64,000 nt of DNA, from the NCBI GenBank assembly GCA_037379345.1, contig CM074519.1, positions 4,278,001 through 4,342,000 of the forward strand, in the 5' to 3' direction. The position numbers and the translations under genes are program-made. Of this stretch, positions 12,301 to 27,300 are shown in pieces (the stretch's first letter is position 1; the number at the start of each line of letters is the position of its first letter). The stretch is from Perna viridis (lineage: Eukaryota). The notes under the pieces are model-generated. The model made no database searches and was not told the DNA's origin. It saw nothing but the letters and a program-made list of their open reading frames with translations.

Positions 12301-15300
12301 CATCTGAATGGATTGGTACAGCAGATGTTATCTGATGAGGGTCTGTCTAAATCATGGATGGAGATCGTCCTGGGTACGGCACAACGTGTCAGTAATTATG
12401 TCAGACCTGATGTCAGGGAGGAAGGTGATGACATGAATATTCTAAAGTATATCAAGTTCAAAAAGGTCAGTCTGTAGAATTTTTAGATTTTTATAGATTT
12501 TACACATCATAAGCATACTTCTTTTTTGCATAATTACAATTGAACTTATTCTTGGGTATAAATTTTTACAATTTGCAAAATAATTTGCACTTCATAGTGA
12601 ATGATAAATAATGTTGCTGGCAGTACCTTTTTTGCTTATTTGACCATTGGTTCGGCCATTGCAAAAACTATGTGGAAAAATAGTGGCCAAATCAAACCAA
12701 ACTCTGTTTACTTATTAATAGTTTTTAAAAAGTTTTAAAAAGCCTGTTACTGGGGCTTGTACACATACTGATATTTTGAATAAACATGTGCATATGTTAG
12801 TGTTACATTTCTGAATGGTACAAAGTCTTGCAAATAGCCACATTAACTCTTTTTCAGATTCCAGGTGACACCAAGGAACATACATGGCTGGTCCATGGTG
12901 TGGTGTTTACAAGGAATATAGCGCACAAACAGATGTCCCCACAAATTACCAACCCATATATACTGCTTCTGAAAGGTTCAATTGAATACCAGAGGGTGGA
13001 AAATAAGTTCTCCTCTTTGGAGCCTCAGATACTACAGGTAAGATATATATTTTAAGGAGAATGATTTTAAGACATTAAAAAAATAAATACCAGTATTTGA
13101 GGCATCATAATTTTGTATTAATTATAATTATTGTCAGATTGCTCCAAGGGGAGGGATACATGTATTTCTCAGTGTGAACTTGCTGGCAGTTTTTTGCTTT
13201 TTGGTTTTTTTTTATTTTTGAGACTTCTTTTCAAACATTTAAATAACTTTGTTTTTGATAAAGGAAGAAGAGTTCTTGAAGAAGAATGTAAAGAAGATAT
13301 CATCACTTCAACCCAAACCTAACATAGTTATTGTGGAGAAGTCTGTTTCTAGACTGGCTCAGAATTATTTACTAGAGAAAGGCATTACATTGGTGTATAA
13401 TGTCAAACTGGTTAGTAGTGTTTAAGTGTTTACTGACCCGTGCAGTTTTGGGTGTCAAAAGAATAGGGCCCCGTGCAGGTCCGGGTGTCAAAAGAATACG
13501 GCCCCATGCAGGTCCAGGTGTCAAAAGAATAGGCCTGCAGCAGTGATAAGCTTGTAGTAAAAGGTGACTAAATAGGGCCCACAGAGCAACTGGGTTGTGT
13601 GCCCCAGGTGGTGGAATGGGGTACCCTTGGCATGTTACATGCTGGGGTTGTCAGGCTATAATACGGAAAACCTGACCGCAAACCATAGTGGTGCACTGTG
13701 TTGGGAAAGATGCCACATTCCTCGCGCGTTAAAAAACCCTACTATGGTATTCTCCTGGAGTAGGAACCATAGGGCTCTGCCACAGGAGGCTTTTTTGCCA
13801 AGAAGGTATTTTGACATTATGAAATTTGATATACATGTACATCCTGTCACCTTTATGATATCTAACTTTTTTTTAACGTTCTTGACTTGCTTTTGGGTCT
13901 TGCCATTTTGGCCATTTTATAATCAAGACCAGAACATCAGTGTTGGACTGATACATTCCTTTAGCTTTTAATTGGTATACACTAAGATACTTATTATAAA
14001 TTATGTAAACTCAGGTTGATTTTTACCATAGAATGCACTATGTTGGGAATCTTAGTCATATAAGACAGGTTCTTGCAGATTACAGGTAGTTGTTTAGGTA
14101 GGTTTGAATGAATCAATATTATTGTATATCATAATTTTGGCATGTAAGTACATTTACTCAAGCAATGCACTAGAGTAAGTTACAAGTCAAAGGTAAAGTG
14201 AGTGTGAAGATTTTATGTGATGAAGTTATGACTTACATAGCAGTATCTCTACCTTCTTTATATGGTATCGTTAGTGGACCTATAACCCTCGTATTCTGTC
14301 ATAACCTCTGATTAATATTTTTTAATACTGTGTTACTTTTCAGTCAGTTATGGAAAGAATAGAGAGATTGACACAAGGCAGTATTGTACCTTCTATAGAT
14401 GGGATTGTTAGTGGACCAATAACACTCGGGTTCTGTCATAATTTTAAAGTCTGTCACTTTGCTGTACCCTCAGGTAATATACCTTAATATCCGAGTACTT
14501 TATCACAATATTACAATGTAGAATATTTGATGAACAGATTTGTAGATGATCCCATATTTCTTGAATTTCGTCATAACCCCAAACTTGGTATTTGCTGATA
14601 TAGTTCTATATGCTGTGAAAGTACTTTAATTTGTGAATAAGGGAAGATACACAAGTTCATGGATTTTTAGGTTTTCCATATACACCTCAGTGGGAATCTC
14701 CTTTTTGTTGAGAATCAATTTTTTTTGGTCTGGCTCACCCATGTCAACCACGAAAAATGGTACAATAGTACTTTCACAGTAAGTAAAGATATTTTGTATT
14801 TATACCTGACCTCATTGATCCATACTTTTTGGACTGATTTGTTGTTATTAGTAGCAGTATCTTATACATCATCAATGATGGCTTATATTTGACCTTTATA
14901 TTTGACCTTTTGCTAGCGTTACAATACAAAACAAAAAATAAATCCACTTAAGATTTTCTTATATTATACATGGCTATATTGCAATCACCTTGTCCGTCCA
15001 TCTTTCTGTTACACTATTCTGTAACAGATATCTCAGCTTTTATTTGAGGGAAAGCTTAGATATGTGGTACATTGCTTTTGCATTGTGATTTATACCGTGT
15101 CTTCCCTTTCCAGGTTCCCCACTTATCTACTTCCTGTTTATTATACAAATCAATTTGAAAGAAATGGTTGAGTGGGGTTTATTGGTTTTTGACTAGCTGC
15201 ACCTCTGTCAATACAGTTCTTTTTTTTAAAACAATAACAAGATAAATATGATATTATCATTTTTATTATTTTTTACAGGAGAAACAAAGACATTGTTAAG

Positions 15301-18300
15301 TTTTGATGGATGTGCTCAACATTTAGGATGTACCATTGTACTTAGAGGGGGGTCAAAGACTGAATTATTGAAAGTAAGTTTTTTTTATAGACAGGAGTTA
15401 CATGTACTATAAGAATACCTAAAACAATCAGCAGATGAAATTCATTGACAATTACTAACATTTACTCTTGCTTGTAGATAAAGAAAGTGATGAAACAGAT
15501 GATTACAGCTTGTTACAACTCCCAGCTAGAGATATCCTACTGTATGGATGAGTTTGGCATACCTGAGTCTGGAGCAGACGACACTTTGGGAGAATCAGAT
15601 TCTGTTGTTGAATTTGCAAAGTCTCCTGTAAAAGTGTCAGATTACTTGAAAGATGAGAAAAGTGGCTTGAGTTTGATAAAAAATGATTCAAAAGTTGTCA
15701 ATAATAAAAAAGTTTCAAATAATTCTTGTGGTAGTGATAGTCCACATCAAGTGACTGAAGAAACAGCAGTGGAGAAACCTACATTCCATATCATTACAAG
15801 TGATACAAATGAAAAAGATGGTGCTGATTCGGATCAACATGAAATCCAAACCCTTCCAATAGCCAACACAATTAATGAGAGTACTACAAATTTATCACAT
15901 GCTGAAAAGACTGAGAAACCAAAATTATGTGCGAATTCTTATAAGGCAGATCATTCTGACAGTGTTGGTTCATTTATTTCCTCAACTCAAAACACTGAAA
16001 AACAAACACATGAAACTAGCTCATCAGATGGTGCTTTGGCTGTTCCTCCTAAAAGGGAGGGAATAAAAAGACAATCATCTGGGTTAATTCCCTTGGATGA
16101 CCAGTCAGATCCTCTATACATGTACCAGAAAAATAAAGATGATGCAATATTTTACAGCTCTGTTACTTTAGAGGAAAAAACTCAAAATAGATTTGCAAAA
16201 TTTAGAAAAATTTTGGGCGAGAGGCTTCTTTCATGCACACCTTACATTAAATACAGAGTTCCATACTTGGAAACAGAAGAAGGGTCAAGGTCAATAGTTC
16301 GGACGTTCTTTAAGGATGAATTATACTGGTCAAAATACTTTGAGCCAGAAACTTACCATGAGAAGAAAAAGCTTGTATCAGAAACAAATAGTCAACATAA
16401 ACAATCACAGTGGGCCAGTGTAGAGATTAAAGAACCCCATCCTCTGATGTTAAAACAGTTAACAGGTTCTTTGAATGATAAGGAAATGCAGGTGATTATA
16501 GCATAGGTTCTGTGAAAAGGAATTTTGATAAATATTCATGTGTTTATGTTTTGAACAATTGCAGTTTTTCATTTGAAAAAACAATTTGCAGCAACTTTTG
16601 TGATGCATCAGAATTCTCATGATGATATTTGTTCTAAATCAGCATGGTGAAACCAATGCTGATTTTAAGTACATGTATCAGACTTTTAAAAATATTTTTG
16701 TCTACTTCATGCACATGCATATATTTATGATAGATTGATAGAAAATATACTTAGCAGCTCAGAAAAAAACTCAGAGGTGCTTAACTTTTTTCCAGGTGTA
16801 TATATTTTTTCTAAGTATATGATAAAATGATGAACAAATTGCTGTGAGGATATTTCTTGATTATTGTATAGTAGAATTACATTCAAGAGCTGTTTTTTTA
16901 TTATGTTACCTTAGTGTCAGTAGACAAGTTTTTCATGTGCATGGGGCATCATTTGTGTCTCCCAGACATGAAGATGTCCTACTGTGGATGTTTTTGGCTA
17001 AACAGTTGTGTCCATGTGGAGTTTAGGGCCATCACGTTGTCTATGTGGAGTGTAGGGGCATCACTTTGTCCATGTGGAGTTTAGGGCCATCACTTTGTCC
17101 ATGTGGAGTGTAGGAGCATCATGTTGTCTATGTGGAGTGTAGGGGCATCACTTTGTCCATGTGGAGTTTAGGGCCATCACGTTGTCTATGTGGAGTGTAG
17201 GGGCATCACTTTGTCCATGTGGAGTGTAGGGACATCACTTTGTCCATGTGGAGTTTAGGGCCATCACGTTGTCTATGTGGAGTGTAGGGGCATCACTTTG
17301 TCCATGTGGAGTGTAGGGACATCACTTTGTCCATGTGGAGTGTAGGAGCATCATGTTGTCTATGTGGAGTGTAGGGGCATCACTTTGTCCATGTGGAGTT
17401 TAGGGCCATCACGTTGTCTATGTGGAGTGTAGGGGCATCACTTTGTCCATGTGGAGTGTAGGGGCATCACTTAGTCTATGTGGAGTGTAGGGGCATCACC
17501 GTCCATGTTGAGTGTAGGGGCATCTCTTTATCTAGCTTTATTACTGTTTACTCAGCAACTACTTTGTCACAGCCACCAGATGTAGGTGTGCCATATAATG
17601 GCATTTGATTTCAGCTAGGCTTATTTCTTTTCAAGAGGGTGTACATGTAAAAGTCAGGCAGATCCCATACTGAATTTTATGTTCCAATGTAATGTATATA
17701 TATCATATGTATGTCAAATAATATAAAATGTGTTTTAGATCAACATTGGATGACTCAGAAAATGATATTAATGTTCCCTAACAAAGTAACCTTATTTTGC
17801 TAAATTTAAAGAATTATGTCCCTTTTTTCAATGATGTTCGAATGCTTTTATGTAATTTATTTCTTTTTAATTGATGCTGTAAATCAAAAATCAACATTCA
17901 ACTTTGAGGAAAGATGCATTTGATATTGGTGAAAATATTTTGAGAATTTGTCATGTGCCACCCACTGCCTGATTTTTGCTTGGACACCCTCTTAAAACAT
18001 GTTTCTTCATAGATAGATGGAGAACAATACTAGAATATGCCATGGAACTCCCTCTTAGAGTACAGCTTTGTTTACATTTGAATGTACACCTGTATAGAAA
18101 AAGTTAGGGTTGCAAGGTATCTTTATCAGGTATTGACTCACAGATGTCTTACTGTAACATATTTTTTTTAATCAACACAATTCAAATTTTTCAGCTTTTG
18201 ATAGCAGATTATAGAGCAAGAGGAGGTCAGATTCAGCTAAAACCAAGAGTTACTGCCCCTGATTCAGAAAAACCAGAGCATCATCAACAACAGCCTGATA

Positions 18301-21300
18301 GAATTCTCCCTGGTGTATGTATGCAGTAGAAGTTTCAAATGCTCTTGTTATTTCCATGAAAATAGTTCAGTAGCACTCCAGCTAAGAATCATGCAAAATG
18401 TGATTCATGGGTGAAAAGCCTACATATTTTTATTTTTGATATTTTGTTTCAAATGTCATAGTAAACAGAAATTAATATGTGGTTTTTCATATAACCCATG
18501 CCTTGAGGAGATAAAAACTATATAGAATGCACTGTAGATTTCAAAATTAAGGGAGATAACTCTGTAAATGGCATGCAAACACAATAGAATCTACTGGATT
18601 TTCAATGTGGATTATCTCCTAAGAGCAGGCAGATTTGAATGAATAATTACACATTTCATAGTATAGACTAATAAAACAATATAATTACAAAAATAAAAAT
18701 ATTTAGCCTTTTTTGGGGTGTATCACATTTTTTCACATTTTGCAGGATTCTTACAAAGACAGCTACTTAAATTGCTAATCATCTTCACTGAGGGTATATT
18801 CACTATTTCAAAACTTTTACACCTCTGCCATTTTTGTAAGAGTAATCAAGTGAATCAAAATCAAGATTTGAGCAGAAATCAAATTAATATATTCCAACAG
18901 GATTTGACACTAAATACATTTACTTTGCGGTCAACAGGTACCGGGTAGTCCGCTGATGGTATTGACGGTTCTGTTCGTAGATCTGATGGAAAATAAGACA
19001 AAATTTAGATAGCCCATGGGAGAACCATGAAATTTTGAATTTTTTTCAAGTAGTCCTCTCCAAAATTAGGGTGGCACAAGACAACCAGACTACTGTTAGT
19101 ATTGATCCCTGCCCCCGGATGAAGAATAAACAGAAAAATTGTACACACACACAACAATGAACATGAGAGAACCAAAATAACATGTACAAAGAAACAAAAG
19201 TAAATGAGCAACTTGGATTCCACGAAAAACTGGGAGCATGGACCAGATGCCTCAAAAGGGGTAAGCGTCCTCTGTTTTTCTAGAAACATGCACTACGTTG
19301 ATCATAAAATCACAACCAGGGTAGATAAAAGATGAATGGAAAACTGACATGATAAACAGTTTAACAGTTACTGCCCTTTATAAAGTAAAACCTTAAATAA
19401 GTTAAAAGTAAGTATGCAATCTGCATTCCACCAAAAACTCATGAACTAGATACACAGTGTGTTTAAAATTAAATCTTGCAGGCAATACACAAGTGCCATG
19501 TGTGCTATTGCAATCACTTTGCATCAATTTTTATTGTCGTACATCATCATTAACAATTTTTCAAAACTCATCTCCTCTGAAACTAATAGACCAATTAGAA
19601 CCAAACTTGGTATAAATGTTACTGAACTGAATTTGGGATTTTTGATCTGTCAAAAAACATGGGAACCATAACTATAGATAGAGCATAAAAGTCAGACAGA
19701 ATTTTTTGCATATATTTGAAAAACTGTTAGGTTTAGTTAATTTTGACTTGGTATAAGTGTTCAGCACGATGAGATTTATCTGTTATCAAATTTTCATTTT
19801 AATCTGTGAAGCCATGTTGGAGTTATTGCCCTTCTTTTTTAATATTTATGTTATTACTTTTTAAAAAAATTTCTCTGAAACTATGGGACAGACTACAATG
19901 ACAAAATGAAAATTGAAAAGATTGTTCTTAAATATAAGCATGATGAGTTTTTGTCCAAGAAAAATATAGCAGCTCTAACAAAATAAAATGTTGCTTATCA
20001 GTCAAGATGAACGATTCAGGCTCTTCAGAGCCTCTAGTTTGTTACTATAATATGTTGTTTTTTTTTTCACAGACTGATTGTCTGGAATACAAAAACCACC
20101 AAAGTTTTACAGTATTACTGAGTTCACATTCTGACAGTTCTACCAATTACCCAAATCCATGTGTTCCTCCACAGTAAGTTCACATTCTGAGAGGTTTACC
20201 AATTATCCATATCAATGTGTTCTACCACAGTAAGTTCACATTCTGACAGTTCTACCAATTACCCAAATCCATGTGTTCCTTCAAAGTAAGTTCACATCTT
20301 GAGAGGTCTACCAATTACCCAAGTGCATGTGTCCCACCACAGTAAGTTCACATTCTTAGAGGTCTACCAATCACTGGAATCCATGTGTTCCTCTTCAGGA
20401 AGTTTGTAGGCAAAAGTGAAATGTAGTTGATATTAAAAAGATTGATTGCACATTAAACATTATTTGATGCATGCAATTGATACTTTTTACTTTCATACAG
20501 GTCTGTTAACCCTCCATCTTTTGGAATGAGACTGTTTCTTTTTGACCAAATCTCCCACTTGAAATAGGAGGAAGATTATGGAGTCGTGATTATACATTGA
20601 AAGCAATTGTTTTAAAGTTTGTAAAAACATTATGATAATGTACAAGAAGTCAATCAATTATGCTGTTTAACTCATTTTTTTTCTTACAAATGTGTTTTTA
20701 TATCTTAAAAATTTCAACCATGATATATCTTCCTCTTAGAGTAGTTTGAAAGTGGGGGTTAAAAGGTATGTACAAAATACAGTCTTGTTTTAGATAAGGT
20801 CACAAATTGTACAAGAACTGCAGTAAAAGGGGGGTATAATGTTTGAAGCTTTAAATGAATTTTGTATGAAAGATTTATGGAATGTAAACTGTATTGCATA
20901 TTTTCCACAGATTAGTAATGATGCCATTTTACCAAGGAAATGATATCACTCTAGGAGGATTTCTGGAAAAATTCTGTTTTAGGTAAGGCCATTAAAAGTT
21001 AATATCTTGGTTGGTTAGCCATTTCTCATGGCAACCAATGATAGTGGTGGTATTTTTTTAGCTCACCTGGCCATTGTCCATTAACAATTTTTCAAAAATC
21101 ATCTCCTCTGAAATTATTGGCAAGGAATTATATGAAACTTTGCACAGATGTTCCTTAGGGTATTTTGCACAAGATAGATTTTTGATCTATCAAAAAACAT
21201 GGCCACTGTTACTAAAAATAGAACATAGGGGTCAGACAGTAGTTTTTCGCATATATCTCCAAAACCGTTAGGTATAGCCAAATTCTGACATGGAATAAAA

Positions 21301-24300
21301 TTGTTAATCATGATGAGATCTATCTGTGATCAAATTTTCATTTTGATCTGTTAAGCCATTTAGGAGTTATTGCCCTTTTTCAACGTTTTTTTGCTATTTT
21401 TAATGTTATTTCTTTCAAAAATCTTCTCCTCTGACCCTACTTGACCAATTGGGATCAAACTTAGTAGGAATATTTCATGAAGTATCTTGCACAAATGCTA
21501 GGTTTTGATTTTTGATTTCTCAAAAACATGGCTGCCGTTACTAAAAATAGAATATAGCAGTCAAACTGTAGTTTTTCACATATATGTCCAAAACCGTTAG
21601 TTTAGCCAAATTCTGACTTGGGTAAAAGTGTTCAGCATGATAAGATCTATCTGTGGTCAAATTTTCATTTTTAACTGTTAAGCCATGTATTGATCCTTAT
21701 GATAAGTCCTACCAAAGTCTTCTTAGGTTAAAATTCTTAGTAAACTTCTTGTTAAATTTAGTGAGGTGAGCGATTCAGGCTCCTGGGAGCCTCTTGTTAC
21801 CTTTTAATTGTCCTAAAAAATGATGAGTATGCTCATAGCCAGAAAAAAAAATATGAGAAAAGTGTGTTGTATATTTTTTTTCTTGTACGATATGTTGTTA
21901 AAATGGATAATGTAATATGACATGCTTCAAAGGTCTTCAGGCCAAAGCCATGATAAACTTTGGTAAAAGCCTGACCAATGTCATAGATGTATGACAGTTA
22001 TTTCTGACATCATAGATAAATTTTATTCAATTTTATTGATGTCACAACAGAATTAAGTTGCATTTTTTTTTTAAATATGAAGAATGAAGAAACTAGTCCT
22101 ACTAGAATTGGAAGAAATAAGGGTAGCTCCATTTTATCATTGTTTTACCATAAACTGGCCAATTACGTTGATGTTTAACCCCTTGCTATTGCTTGGGGTA
22201 AAATAATGTGACATAAATGGCCAGCCTGTGGTAAAACAAAGATAAAATGGGTATTCTATGACTTATTTCTTATTGAGACACCTCCAAAGGAGACAAGGGA
22301 GGGCCTGAGAACAAAGGATTTATCTTTAGATCTAACTTATTTTTTGTTGGGAGAACCAAAAGAAATCTAAAGCAAAAAAGTCCCTGATAAATTTTAATTT
22401 TTATCATTTATTTATTTTTTGTTATTTTAATTTTTTTTGTGTGTCTGTTACACTTGTGGATCATAATTAAAAATTAAAAACACTGTATCTCTTTCAACTA
22501 AATCAGAATACTTGAGACAATGAAATACAGGTTTAAAATTCCAGAGATGTAAATTGTTTTTCATTTTCGGGAGTTATGGCCCCTTTTCATGTATTCAATA
22601 TTTAGAAAGAGTAATGAAGGGAACCAAGGTTATAGCGGTAATCAGAAGAATGTAATCCAGGGTCAAAGACCAGACATGGAAAACAGACACACACAACAAA
22701 GAACATAAAGTAACTAAAATCATACATACAAAGTAACAAAAGTAAATGAGCAACTCAGACTCCACTAAAAACTGGGAGCATGGACCAGGTGCACCGGTAG
22801 GGTAAGCGTCCTCTGTTTTTCTAGAAACACCCGCCGAGTTGCTCATCATAGATATCTTGGATCACCAGATTACCTTTCTCTTGTTGCTATAGCAACTTGC
22901 TTCTAGTCTCATTCTTAGCACTGATCAGTTTAAATTATTTTAAGCATATTATTTTACTTGATTCATATTCATAAAGCATCCCCTTCCTATGACTTTTTGG
23001 GAAGAAAACTATTTCCTGTCCGTCTGTCTAATCACAATTTTTCCACCCTCTATACCTCATATGTTATTAATAGGAATGCACTGAAAATGTAAGTGTGATA
23101 TTGATATGAAAAAAAATGGGAGGGGTGGATAAAAAAGAGTGAAACATATGTCTTGTATCAAAAACATAAAGTTAACTTACAGATATTTAATTTCAGAGAA
23201 TCATACTGTTGTCAGCCCTACAGGTGTCCATCAGAAAACTGTGAAATACCACTGTTGGATCATGTCAGGAGAATAGTCCATGACCATGGATCTATATTTA
23301 TTTCTTTGAGGAAATTATCCAACTGTGTTCCTGGTGGTGACAAGGATATTATGATGTGGAACTGGTGCCGGAAATGTAGACAGGTATCTATCATGATTTG
23401 AAGAAATATTTGTACCTACTTTCTTGCAATTTGAATATTAAAACATCATCTTGAAAGTTTTGATAGGAAGACAGATTTGAGAGGCTCTACATGATATTGT
23501 TGTGTTTTGAAGTATCATTGTATTTGCTACATGTTAAAACAAATGATTTTGTTGTCTTGTAATATCCTGTAATTTTTATGCTCTATTGATTTACAGGCAA
23601 CACCATTAGTTGCAATGAGCAATGATACATGGAGTCTCTCCTTTGCTAAGTTTCTGGAGCTACGATTCTCTGTGAACACATTTACAAGACGTATTGGACC
23701 AGAACCCTGTAACCATTCTCTTCACCACAGCTTTAGTCAGTATTTTGGACACAGGAATATTGTAGCAACATTTAAGTATGTAAAAGTCATATTTTTTGTG
23801 GGGTATCAATATTTTTGTTTTCTTGGGTGTAAAAGTCCTATTGTTTGTGGGGTATCAATATTTTTGTTTTCTTGGGTGTAAAAGTCCTATTGTTTGTGGG
23901 GTATCAATATTTTTGTTTTCTTGGGTGTAAAAGTCCTATTGTTTGTGGGGTATCTATATTTTTGTTTTCTTGGGTGTAAAAGTCCTATTGTTTGTTGGGT
24001 ATCAATATTTTTGTTTTCTTGGGTGTAAAAGTCCTATTGTTTGTGGGGTATCAATATTTTTGTTTTCTTGGGTAGGCCAAACCAGGAAATTTGGTTCTCA
24101 ATTAATACTAGATTCCCATTCATTTGTAAACTGAAAACTTCAAAACCACAAATTTAAGAACATTTGAACTTGTGTTTCTTCCCTTATCCACAAAAAAATT
24201 TGTATCCATGAATTAAAGTACGTTCACAGTAACTGTTGATATGATTGTAACCTTTGTAAACTAATACAATAAAATCTGTCTACACTGAACCCTGAGTAAA

Positions 24301-27300
24301 CTGAAAACCTGTCTACACTGAACCCTAAGTAAACTGAAAACCTGTCTAAACTGAACCCTAAGTAAACTGAAAACCGGTCGAAACCACACCGTTAAGACTG
24401 TTCTTTATTTAGATATTCATGAAATTTGAACCTGTGTCATTGGAATATCTGTCTAAACTGAACCAATTCTTCTGTCCCACAGGGGGTTTGGTTTAGACAG
24501 GTTTCACTGTTTCAGGATATTTAGTGTAAGTTTATGTAAGAATCAGGCAAAATGGGATAAATCAGAAACTTGCATGCATGTCAAAACCACTGACAATATG
24601 ATTTTACTCAAGGATGTTTTCTCTGTTTAAAAAGACAATAATTTGATCTATGCATCACTGAATTTGTTTGGAAAGTTTTCAACAGAATGTTAGATAAATA
24701 AAGTATTTGACAGAGTTATCTGCCCTTGAAATGTTCATTTTCAGTGCATTTCGATGAAATTATAACTCAATTCCCTGAAGTGATATGGAAAATCTTGTTT
24801 TTTTCCCCTTGATTCTAATAGTGCAAATAATCAAAATAAACTTTCAGAAAGTTGGGTATTTTCATACCATGTTTGACTCACTGCCTGATACTTACAGAGA
24901 CTGACATTTACTGTGATAATTGATTGGAAAGGGTGAATAACAAAGACATGATCGCCTAAGAGTGCCTATATTTAACCAGTTAAATCTTATTGTGTATCAT
25001 ATTTTGTTATTGACAATAATCTATTGATTATCCTGTTTATTGTATAGATTTCCTCCATTGTTTGTTGCTATTTTCAACATTAATTTAAAGTTTTATGAAG
25101 GGTGGATTGATATTCACATTGTGATATTTTGGTGGCAGAAAGTCTGAGAGTAAAATTATTGATTTTGTTTCACAGTGTGAATTATCAAAAATTTTACACA
25201 GGGAACATTTGGTAAATCACTACTTTCTTGCCCATTTACTTCTGTTACTTTGTATGTATGATTTTAGTTACTTTATGTTCTTTGTTGTGTATGTCTGTTT
25301 TCCATGTCTGGTCTTTGTCCCTGGATTACATTCTTTTGATTACCGCTATAACCTTGGTTCCCTTGATTACTCTTTCTATATAATAACAATATGACTTCGC
25401 TACTACTTAGTTTCACAACTAACTCTTACATTAATATGTATTCCATAATGAGAGGACTTATGCATGTCAATTATTTTTTGTGATTTTTTCATGTCTGCGA
25501 AATTAGTAAAAATGAATTCATGGGAAAATTATGCATGAAGGTATCACCTTGTTGTTTCTCAGTTTTACCATGTAAGCTTAAAACGACCCAAACCATTCAG
25601 TGGATGTTAGTGAAATTTTATATTAAGCCTAGTCATCATATTCAGATGTGCCATAAGTAAATTGTTATCACTTGATGTTTTAAAAGGTACATAATCCAAA
25701 TTAAGGGGTAAGCATGTAAAATCATAGTACATGTATATTTAGATGAGAGTTGCCTTGCAGACATCACTAAGAATTCTTGTTCAACCTACTTCAGGCATAA
25801 TTTTGGCATACAGAATAAGTAACTAATGTAAACATTTTAGTGTGTCTTGCATGTGCATTTGTGATAAGTTTATGCATTATTGAAAAAAAAAATTATTTGA
25901 CCAAGGATCATTGAAGAGTTAGAATTACATGATGTGCAATATTTTCTGGTGTAACATTCACTGTGTATTGCCCAGAAGAATCTTTTAAATTCAAAACATT
26001 TTTGGCTTTAAATTTAGCAGCTGAAATGCCTGAACACAAGACAAACATAGCATTGAAAGTCAATAACTGATATATTTGTAAATGCCTTAAAATTTACATA
26101 TACATGTGTAATAATGTTTACCTTTACTGTTTACAAAACCATTTATTTACAACAGATTCAGATATGATATCTAATTAGAATGTATTGTGAACATCTTAAT
26201 TTTGTATACTTTTATCCACAATATTCTAGATATATGCCTATTGTTACGAAAGAAATAGTGCTGCCACCTAGTGTTATAAGATTAGATAACAGGATCCAGC
26301 TTCATCAGTGGACAATACTCAGGGAAAGCATGAGATCTGTGGAAAAAAGGTTAATCAAGTATCTAGAAGTGTAACTTCTATTTGTACTTATGTGTAACTA
26401 TCCCAAGTACAGTAAAGATCCAGAGATTTAGGTCTGCTCAATACTTGCTCATTTTTGTCCATGTTTCCAAAAAAAATAAAAATTTTACAACCACATAGAG
26501 GATGTTTTAATCCGCAGAAACACCCCCCCCCTTTTCCTCCTGCGTCTGCTACTGTATTTCATAAATATGAGTCAGCTATAAATCAGGAATTCTTTGTGGG
26601 AATAAAAATGTACCGTATTGTTCCATGTATGCAACTATCTTTTGCCTTGGTCACACAAGTAGATTGACAATTAAATTAGCTGATCTTAGAATTAAAGCAT
26701 CTGCGTCCTATGGACACATCTTCAAGTTTGGTTTGATGGCTGAATGGTGCTGTCTTGTAATTTGTGGTTTTTTTATATATGGCTGGTTTTGTAGTTATTT
26801 CATTGTTTTCCCCCAAAATCTTTGATTCACTATCTCGCTGTTTGAAGTCTTTCCTTTAACCTATAATTTGATAATTTCCTCAGGGGACTAGAGATGTATA
26901 GTGGTATATGTGAGCAGTTAGTGACTTTAAACTCTTCCCATGAAGACCTGACCAAAATGGTGGTTGATCTCACTAATATGCTAGAGGTTAGTGGATCTTA
27001 TTATAGACATCAGAGGCAATTTATTTGGTTTTATCATTAGGTGTGACAAAAAAAAACGAAACAAAAATGGCAACTGTCAATTTATTTTTAACAGACTTTT
27101 AAGGTGATAGAATTATGCACTAATTCAGAGAAAAAAAACTCTGTTTATAATTTGAAAATATTGTGTAGATTTGTTGTTGCAGCTTAAAGGTTATTATGTT
27201 GTCTTAAGTACCATTTCCTGTAAAAATCAGGCAGTGGGTGAATCATGGTTGCAAAAACACACAAGTCTTTCCGTGAAATCTATTTCAAGTGTTATCTGAA

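Noticed and set aside
17010-17525. Regular 29-bp repeats resembling a CRISPR array
   Set aside because: No unique spacers, eukaryotic intron, no cas genes; this is a minisatellite. The same applies to the other arrays.
18901-18937. Possible extra PIKfyve exon (caacag|...|gtaccg)
   Set aside because: 37 nt would break the frame between the phase-0 flanking exons.
22595-22849. Hydrophobic ORFs recurring at 19005, 22595, 25209, 33328 and 54326
   Set aside because: Translations of one dispersed repeat family with inconsistent frames, not membrane-protein genes.
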